Below the pieces are notes generated by a model. The model saw only the letters and a list, made by a program, of their open reading frames with translations, had not been told where the DNA came from and made no database searches. This document shows, piece by piece, positions 55,788 to 64,000 of a stretch of DNA of 64,000 nt. This stretch comes from Chrysomallon squamiferum. Taxonomy: Eukaryota > Animalia > Mollusca. How positions within the stretch are numbered: position 1 is the first letter of the stretch; each line of letters begins with the position of its first letter. The stretch lies in the NCBI GenBank assembly GCA_012295275.1, contig CM022670.1, forward strand, positions 7,130,001 to 7,194,000, read 5' to 3'. Made by a program: the position numbers and the translations under genes.

Positions 55788-58376
55788 CTGAAAAAATGAA
55801 TATAAAAAGATGTTAGAAAAATTATTTGTGTTTTAAACCTTGAAACCAAAGATCTGAGGCTGAGTGTCTGTGCTATGAAATAAATTAAAATATATGACAA
55901 CAAAAATGGACAAAAATAGACAAACTTGAAAAAAAAAAAAACATAATCATAAGCAAAAAAAACCCTCAAGAACAGCAACACAACAGATAAAATAATACGT
56001 TATATTAATAAAAAAATAAAAACAAATAAAATAATTCAACACACATGTAATTATTTACAAAACAAAACAAGAAGAAACTTCAGGTTAAAAAAAATAATCT
56101 TTTAATAATAATAATAATACTACTAATAATAAAAACGATTCATCTAAATCTGAATTATCATAATTTATTTCTAACTACACCAGACAAAAAAAACTAAAAA
56201 AAATTGAAATAAAACATGTAATTGAATTTCTCGTTTACAAAAACGCTGTGCAGAAATGAAGGAGGTGATCAGTGTGCGACATTCCTCATACAACACGATT
56301 AATTTACATTTCATAAAAACACAAACACAGGAAATATCTCACTTCTATCTGTCCGCTTCACCTCTCATCAAATTAAACACAAAAAAAACCTCTTTTCTGT
56401 TTACAGCACACGCAAAACCAGTGAACTTTAAGACTCAAGTGAAAAGAGAGGTAAAATCTGCTGATGTTTTAAAATGAAGAACTCAAAATAATAATTCAAA
56501 AAAAAAAAAAAAAAAAAAAAAAAACTGACAGTATAAAAACTAAAAACAGAAAAAAAAAAGAAGATAAATATTGAGATGTGATAAATAAAGTTTAAAACAG
56601 AAACTAAGAAAATAAAAACTTGAATACATTCAAAAAAAAAAAAAAAAAAAAAAAAATTAACTAAATATAAAAGATACAGTAGAGAAAATGTAACAGATTC
56701 AAATTCAAAATATGGCGAAAGAAAATATAACTAACTCAGTTTAAAAAGGAAAAAAAAAAAGAAGAATTTTTTCTATTTTACCTGAAGCAGTGAGCAAATA
56801 TGTTCTTGTTTATTCCATATCTTACAACTAGCCTGACCCTGCTCAAACTCACCCAACACTTGAGTGGCAGGGGCAGATAACTGAGAGGTGTCTAACAACA
56901 GAGGAATTTTTAATATGTTTTTTTTTTTTTAAATAAAGAAATGAGGTCAACTAATGTTTGGTGACATTGCCAGGTCACAGACGATGTCAGTGTGCCGATG
57001 TTACAGTGGTTGTCATGATGTGTGTGGTAAGATAATGAATGCGGTTATGAAAAACAGAGATTATGATTAATAATTTATATCTGAGCAGGATATCCCAGTC
57101 TGTGTGAGAAAACTGTTTATTAACAACAGATAAAAAATATCAGAAAGAAAATAAATATACAAAAAGATACAACTTAATGACAGGGCAAAAAAAAGAATAA
57201 GAAAAAGAAAAAATATGTATAACAGAAAAATAAAGATTGAAAGAAAGAGAAAAAAAAAATGAAACAGTGAATTAATGAGGTTAAAATTTAAAAAAAAAAA
57301 AAAAAATCAAGTTTGGAGTTGAAATACTCACTTCAAGAATGACAGTGAAAATGTCAAAAACAAAACAAACAAATAAATAAATAAGAAAAATAGATTTAAA
57401 ACATGAGTAAAACTGACAAATTAGGAAAATATATGAATACCAAAACAAACAAAAAACATAAAAAGAAAGAAAGAAATACTAGAATATGAAAAAGAGAAAG
57501 ACAAAGAAAACACAGAAAAAAAAAGCACTTAATAAAACATGAAAAAAGAGAAAAAGAAATAATAAAAGAATATAAAAAGATTTTAAAAAAAGTGGAAATA
57601 AATTAAATGCAGAAGGAAAGAATGTATGCTAAGAAGAGCATAAAGGTTAAAATAGGAAGAGAAAAATGAAATAAAAAATAATAAAATTCAATTACATTAT
57701 CATCAAAATAAATTAAATATACCTCAACAAAAGGACTCATTATCTTTAGACAGAATCTCAGACATAATAGTTTAAAATAAATATCAAAAAAAAAAAAACC
57801 ACCAAAACAACTGAAAAGCAGAAAATACAAATAGGTCAAATCTATTTGAGAACCAATTACCGCAACAGTCTGTCTAAATATATGTGTTTGACTGACAGAA
57901 ACAAAATGTCAGACAGAAATAATTTACAAAAATTACTCAGTTTAGTCATGTTTTTGTCTCATCTTTTCATCGGCGATGATGAAAATTGCACAAACGAGAC
58001 ACGCATACAACATGCGTCGCCATCTGATTAAACTTTTACATAACAGTTTACAGATCAGTTACAGCTTAACAACAGCAACAACAACAACAACAACAACAAT
58101 ATTATCAACAACAATAACATTAATAAACTAATAATAACCGATAATAATAATATAACAACAACAGTAACAGAAACAACAAGGTAGAGCAAGTTGTCTGTAA
58201 ACACAAATCTTTATGTACACAGAAAGTAGAAACAAAGACTAAAAACAGTTTGTTATACGAGTAATATATCAATAGCAGGAACAGGAAATATATCACTAGC
58301 ACCTGCAAGAAGGGTTGATCCTGCAAGCCATGGTGCCTTGGGCAACAACCACTAACTCCCTGTACTACTGAACATT

Positions 58377-58427
<51 letters not shown>

Positions 58428-59437
58428 TAGAGAGAGACACACACGCATCATTAGTCAAATTATGCATCATTTGTTATCAACTCCAGATAATAGAAATGAC
58501 AATAATTTCCCATGGGAGGAAAAAAAAAAACATATTTCTAGATGGCCTATTTGTTGATCATAATCTGTGTTTGTGTTTTTAATCAGCTATTAAAATCTTG
58601 TGTGCAGTATTGGATATAAAATGTGTTTATTTGATTTATTACTATTTTTTTATATTTTTTTTTATTCATTTAATTTATTGAGTTAAATGTCATGTTGAAT
58701 TATAATGTAATAAAATATGTTACCAGTGAATGACAGTGCTCTGTAATATTAACAGAAAGATAATTTAGTTTTTATTTTTTTTATTTTTTGTGTGTTTTAT
58801 TTATTATTATTGTTGTTGTTGTTGTTGTAGTGTTGTTGTTATGATGAAATGTGAAGAAACATACTAATGAAACAATTGCTTACAAAAGATAACATGAAAC
58901 ATTTTAAATGGCTGATTCAAGAAATGTTACAAACAGAATTAAAATTCTTTACTTTACTTGTCAGATTCATTTTTGTTGTTACTTTAAATAGTTTCTTTCT
59001 TGATAAATAAATAAAATTAGAACAAAATGGACAGTGTTTATAGGGTTTTTAATAATAAACATTATCACAAGTAACTTGCAGTATTAAGATAGCTAGTACT
59101 GTGCATGTGCATTGTGATCTCATGCATCATATTTGGAATTGAAACACCCACTTAAAGAATGTTATGAATGCAGGGGAAAAAAAAAAATGGCTGTCATTTT
59201 ATAAGACAGTATATTTTTTCACATTTATCTGCTGAGAGTAAATTAAAATGTCTTTTAAAAAGAGACTCCAGAAAAATTTTTCAAATTATTTCAAAGTAAA
59301 ACAACTGTAATTTATAATTTAATATGAAGTGATATAAAGTTTATTTGAATTTTCTTTTATAGATTTTTAATATTATTTTCTTTTGAAATATGAAGTTATT
59401 CTTTATGGATAATAAAAAAAAAATAAAAAAAAATAAA

Positions 59438-59482
<45 letters not shown>

Positions 59483-61039
59483 ACAAACAAAGAAAAAAAA
59501 AAAAAAAATAAAAATAAAAAAATAAAAAAAATAAAACAAAACTAAAATAAAAAAAAATAAAATAAAATTTAAAAAAAAAAAAATAAAAAAAAAAAAAATA
59601 AAAATAAAATAAAATAAAAATTAAGAATAACACATAAAAAGCAAACAATAACATGATAAAAGCAAAAGTACGTATAATAATTTTCACATGAAAACAGCCG
59701 TGACAGACAACATCCATAAACAACAACAATAAACTTTACACTTTCTTTGTCCACTTTTAACAAGTACAAGATTATTAGCTTCATAAAACACAGGGTGGAG
59801 AAACTGTTAAATATTCATAACCTTGTCTCACTAAACACACTGGTTTGTCAGTGTTTTCATACAAGTCTGAAAGATTGTGAAATATCAAGTCAAAGAGCAT
59901 CTCTCTGTTTGTTACTTAGTCATAAATTTATCAGGAAATGTGAAAACAAACATGCTATGCTAAGCTAATTAAATAATTTATTGTAACACATAACACAAAA
60001 CATTTGTACTGGGTGATTCATAAGATGTTATAAAGTGGATAAAAAATGTTGTAAAGTGATTGATATATGATGTTATGTTAAAATATTTACTTTTTATATT
60101 TTGTGGAATATGATTCAAATGGCCCAAATAGATTTTGTATACAGGGAGTATTTCAAAATTAATTATTTATTTGTATATGGTATCCATTCTTTACTAGTAA
60201 TAAAGTATAACAGTTAAATAAAAATTAAAGGGTTTTTTTTTTTTTTTTATTATTTAATTTGATTTTGTACACAATAATTAAATTGTTCATCCAGGATTTT
60301 GAATTTTATTTTATTTTATTTTATTTTGTTTTATTATTTTATTTTATTATATTTTATTTTATTATTTCAGTTTTTTTTTTTTTTTTTTGACACTGGTTTT
60401 TATTTCAGACCTTTTCCTCCTGCACCATCTCTACATCCGGCACACCTGTAGAGCACAGGCAGACACCTGTAAGTTAAGTTTAATTTGTGACAACAATGTA
60501 TAACCTGTCTTTTATAATAAAATATCTATTACATACTCCTCTTATTCTTTCATAAAACCCAAGTTTATTAAATCTTTGTGAGCTTTATATTAATCACATG
60601 TCACTCACTGTGTGTGTCTGTCTGTCTGTCTGTAATGTATTTAAAAAAACAGCAGGGTGTATACTTCAAACTGTGGGAGAGATTTACCTGGTACAGGTAA
60701 CTGTTTTGTTTGTTACAACTTGTTTCGTTTGCTTGTGAAGGTGTAATTTAGTTTGGAAGTGAAAAGCAAATACATTTACATAAATATAAATGAATGCATA
60801 AATATTATAAAGAAACAAAAATTTCAAAATGTCAAAACTAAGGTTAACAAATAAAACTAAAGACAGACACAGATAAATATTAAAATGTATTTCCACCCAA
60901 ATAAATTAATAAAAGTAAATATAAAATAAATAAATGAAGACATAAACTGTATTGAAAATGACACTGGTAACAAAGAGCTTTGGCTTTCAAACTAGTCACT
61001 GAGAATGATTTTAATGTCTTTCAAACTTGAAAGCAGACA

Positions 61040-61140
61040 CAGAGATATTTCATACAACAACTGTGAGGTCTAGTTGGAACAAGAAAAGCTCCAATGGGTC
61101 AAACTCTCCTGAGGATAGATCCTAAGACCCAGCACTCCTC
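61040..61140 (+). mobile_element. Degenerate SINE-like fragment (distal part of the same family)
   Basis: TGAGGTCTAGTTGGAACAAGAAA...CCAATGGG...GGATAGATCCT parallels 32229-32275 and 34030-34085. Confidence 0.4.
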
Positions 61141-61694
61141 ATTCAAGTTTCCTAACCAGAGTTTAGTTAGCTCAGCAAACACTGGACTACTATCAGAGAC
61201 TGCAACAAAGGCAGAGAGAAACAATTTTATGTGACAACAAAGACACGACTGTTGAAAATAACCACACACCAGCTGGTTTACTGAGACATGGTCAGTGAAT
61301 AACAAAAACATGTTTCCCTCACAGAAGAGCTGTGACAGGGAGATAACTGAGAGATGTGAGTCAGGAAGGAAGAGGGTAATCTCCTAATTGATATTCTCCC
61401 CATGATTTTTAAATGAATAATTTAGTCAGAATGAAGTGAAAGCTGTCAGTATACACAATGAAAACCTGAACCTGAATGAACTGAGTATAAACAACATGTT
61501 TCTGACATGTACGAATGAAATTCTGTTACCCAGTGTTTTGTTATGTTATTGCTTTTCCTTCTCTCTCTTTCTCTGCCAGACCCCATCATTTTTACAGATA
61601 TTTACACCTCTTCCTACTATCCATTTATTTCCTGTACCTTTTATTTTAGTTACCAGTTAGAGAGGTATATTGACATTTAAGTTATCTTTCAGAC

Positions 61695-61890
61695 AGACTA
61701 TAACACAGACAGACAGACAGACAGACAGGTTACAAGTAGGTAAGACAGACAGACAGTTTACAAGTTGGTAAGACAGACTGACAGGTTACATATAGGTAAG
61801 ACAAACAGACAGACAGACAGTCAGGTTACAAGTAGGTAAGACAAACAGACAAACAGTCAGGTTACAAGTAGGTGAGACACAGGCAGACCA
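61695..61890 (+). repeat. Compound repeat CAGGTTACAAGTAGGTAAGACA with (GACA)n linkers, about 5 copies
   Basis: Directly visible. Confidence 0.85.
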
Positions 61891-62584
61891 GTGTGAATCA
61901 ATCAGCCAGTCAGAATGACAGAGTGCTGAGTTAGGCAGTAAATACCTGACAATCTGTTTTCCAGTTTACCTTTCACTCTTTCCTTGTCAGGTGATAAATA
62001 AATCACTTAGTGCATCAAGTACTCACAAACACAGCCCTGTCAGATATCGCTTGTATTACGTCACAGCAGACCAAATATATTAACTGTTCTTTTTTTTATT
62101 TCACAACAAAGATATCTAATGTACAAGTCAGTCGCTAACTTCTCTTCAGTCATTCATGTTTACAAATCAGTTATTCACATACACACACAAACACACACCC
62201 ATACAGACACTATACGATAGAAAACTCCACAGCAGTGGTTGTTTATGAAAGAATTACGTTTCAGAGTGTTCAAAAAAAAAAAGTTCAATGTAAAATGATA
62301 TATAAATAATAATAAAAAAAAATGAACCATTTTAATAATGTTAATGGGTTATTGAAAAAAAAAAAATCAGTGATTTATTACTCCAGGAAACATGACAGTC
62401 AAGCAGGTGGTGGGACACACACACATCTCACCTGTTTAATTAGAATTCACCAAAGTAATTCTCATTATCTCACCTAGCGACATGTCACCTTTCTCACATT
62501 ATTCAGCCTACCTAAATAACTGCACAGGCTAGCTCACAGCATTTAAATCACCTTACTTTACCCAGTGAACTCCTGCATCGCATC

Positions 62585-62880
62585 TGAGTAACTCATAATG
62601 TCTCACGTTTGTAACTCACAGTATCTCACATGAATAGCTCACAGTGTCTCACATGAGTAACTCACGGTATCTCACATGAGTAACTCACAGTATCTCACAT
62701 GAATAACTCACTGTATCTCACATGAGTAACTCACAGTATTTCACATGAATAACTCACAGTATCTCACATGAGTAACTCAGTTTTCATGTAACTCATAATG
62801 TCTTACACAAACAACTCATAACATCCTGCTTGGGTAACTCACGGTATCTCATATGAGCAACTCACACCATCTCGCGTTTT
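62585..62880 (+). repeat. 23-bp minisatellite TGAGTAACTCACAGTATCTCACA, about 12 copies
   Basis: Directly visible, most homogeneous 62620-62780. Confidence 0.9.
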
Positions 62881-63360
62881 CTCACCTGGATATCTAATCA
62901 TGTCTCACCTGGACAACTGATAAACTGATGCCCCCATTGAAAATCATTAACAGGTAATCTGTATCATGTTAAGAAGTAGTGTAATATTTTCCTGTGTAAT
63001 ATGAAACCTTGTAATGACTAGGTGAGTAATAGTATTATATTTCCAAACATAAAACAGCTTATTTAAACATTATGGAGACTATTTCACCCATATAACTACA
63101 GTCTGGATTCACTGTAATTATCAGCTTTGTTTGTAAGACTTGAGGATTTGTGAATGACAAGAAAAAAAAAAAAAAGTAGTAAAAAAAAAAAAAAATGGTT
63201 TGAAACATTAAAAAGATTATTAAAAAAAAATGTTTAAATGCTCTGTGACAGGGAAGCAATAAAATCTGTCTGAAAGATAGTCATTATACATTTTTGAAAT
63301 AATTGTTTTGTTGTTAGATGTTTTATTATTATTATATGCACATATAAAAAAAATTAATTA

Positions 63361-63429
<69 letters not shown>

Positions 63430-64000
63430 AATATAATAATAATAATAATAATGAAAAAATAATAAAAATAAATAAATATATAAAAATTTGATTTTACAAA
63501 TGTTTGCAATGTAATATTTTCAATGACAAAGAAGCAATATAAACCACAATTATCAACAGCACAACACTACAAGTTCTTAATCAGTACTATATACCAGTGT
63601 CAGAATGTGATCCTGGAACCTTAGCATCTGGAACCTCAGCAATTTGGAATAAACTGATGAATGAAGAATATAATACGTATGGCACCACCCTGGCCTATGT
63701 AAGTTATTGCACATCAAATAAAATTACATTAACCACCTGTTCTTGCACTTCCAATGAATGTCAGTGGTTATGTACATCTGTCTGTCTGTGTCTGACCACC
63801 CACCAACCTCTTGCTTTACTGGCTTGTATTTTATTTATTTTATCAGTACAGCACTGGAGTTTTAGTATCATATGTTAGCTGTACTTTACATAAAACTTGT
63901 AATAAGGCAGGTTGATTACAAGCTGTTACCAATACATGAATCATAATTGCTATTATAATGTAATATTACTGTTTAGTAGCTTAGGTAGTTGGGCTGATAG

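Noticed and set aside
60684-60896. Upstream LMO7 coding exon ending at CCAG|gtaaat (phase 2 would fit)
   Set aside because: No CH-domain similarity, no ATG and no clear acceptor; could be an untranslated alternative first exon but is unsupported.
63597-63878. Nested plus-strand exon ending at TAT|gtaagt
   Set aside because: Weak acceptor, no recognisable protein motif and no partner exons in the window.

Overview
Very AT-rich, microsatellite-laden eukaryotic (animal) genomic DNA; by inference a lophotrochozoan, probably a gastropod mollusc. It holds two convergent multi-exon genes whose 5' ends lie outside the window. (1) Plus strand, 479-16027: 22 hand-assembled GT-AG exons of a PDGF/VEGF-receptor-family tyrosine kinase (Pvr/VEGFR-like) with 7 Ig domains, a TM helix, a split kinase and a YxxM-rich tail. 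(2) Minus strand, 55787 to 28111: an LMO7/LIMCH1/Smallish orthologue (end of CH domain, DUF4757-like motif, PDZ, coiled coils, LIM, C-terminal PDZ-binding motif FSKV) with 18 core exons plus candidate cassette microexons. The inferred 5-6.5 kb 3'UTRs end tail to tail near 22.5-22.9 kb. The most unusual structure is the receptor's last intron, which is almost entirely about 30 tandem copies of its own 3' splice-site junction; each decoy acceptor translated by hand would give a kinase-intact, tail-less receptor. Also present: tandem arrays starting at the receptor stop codon and at its putative poly(A) site, an 84-bp hairpin (MITE-like) in the 3'UTR, one apparent frameshift in each gene, degenerate SINE-like fragments and several minisatellites. 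Almost all other ORFs in the supplied track are low-complexity artefacts. Copy numbers were counted by eye and are approximate.
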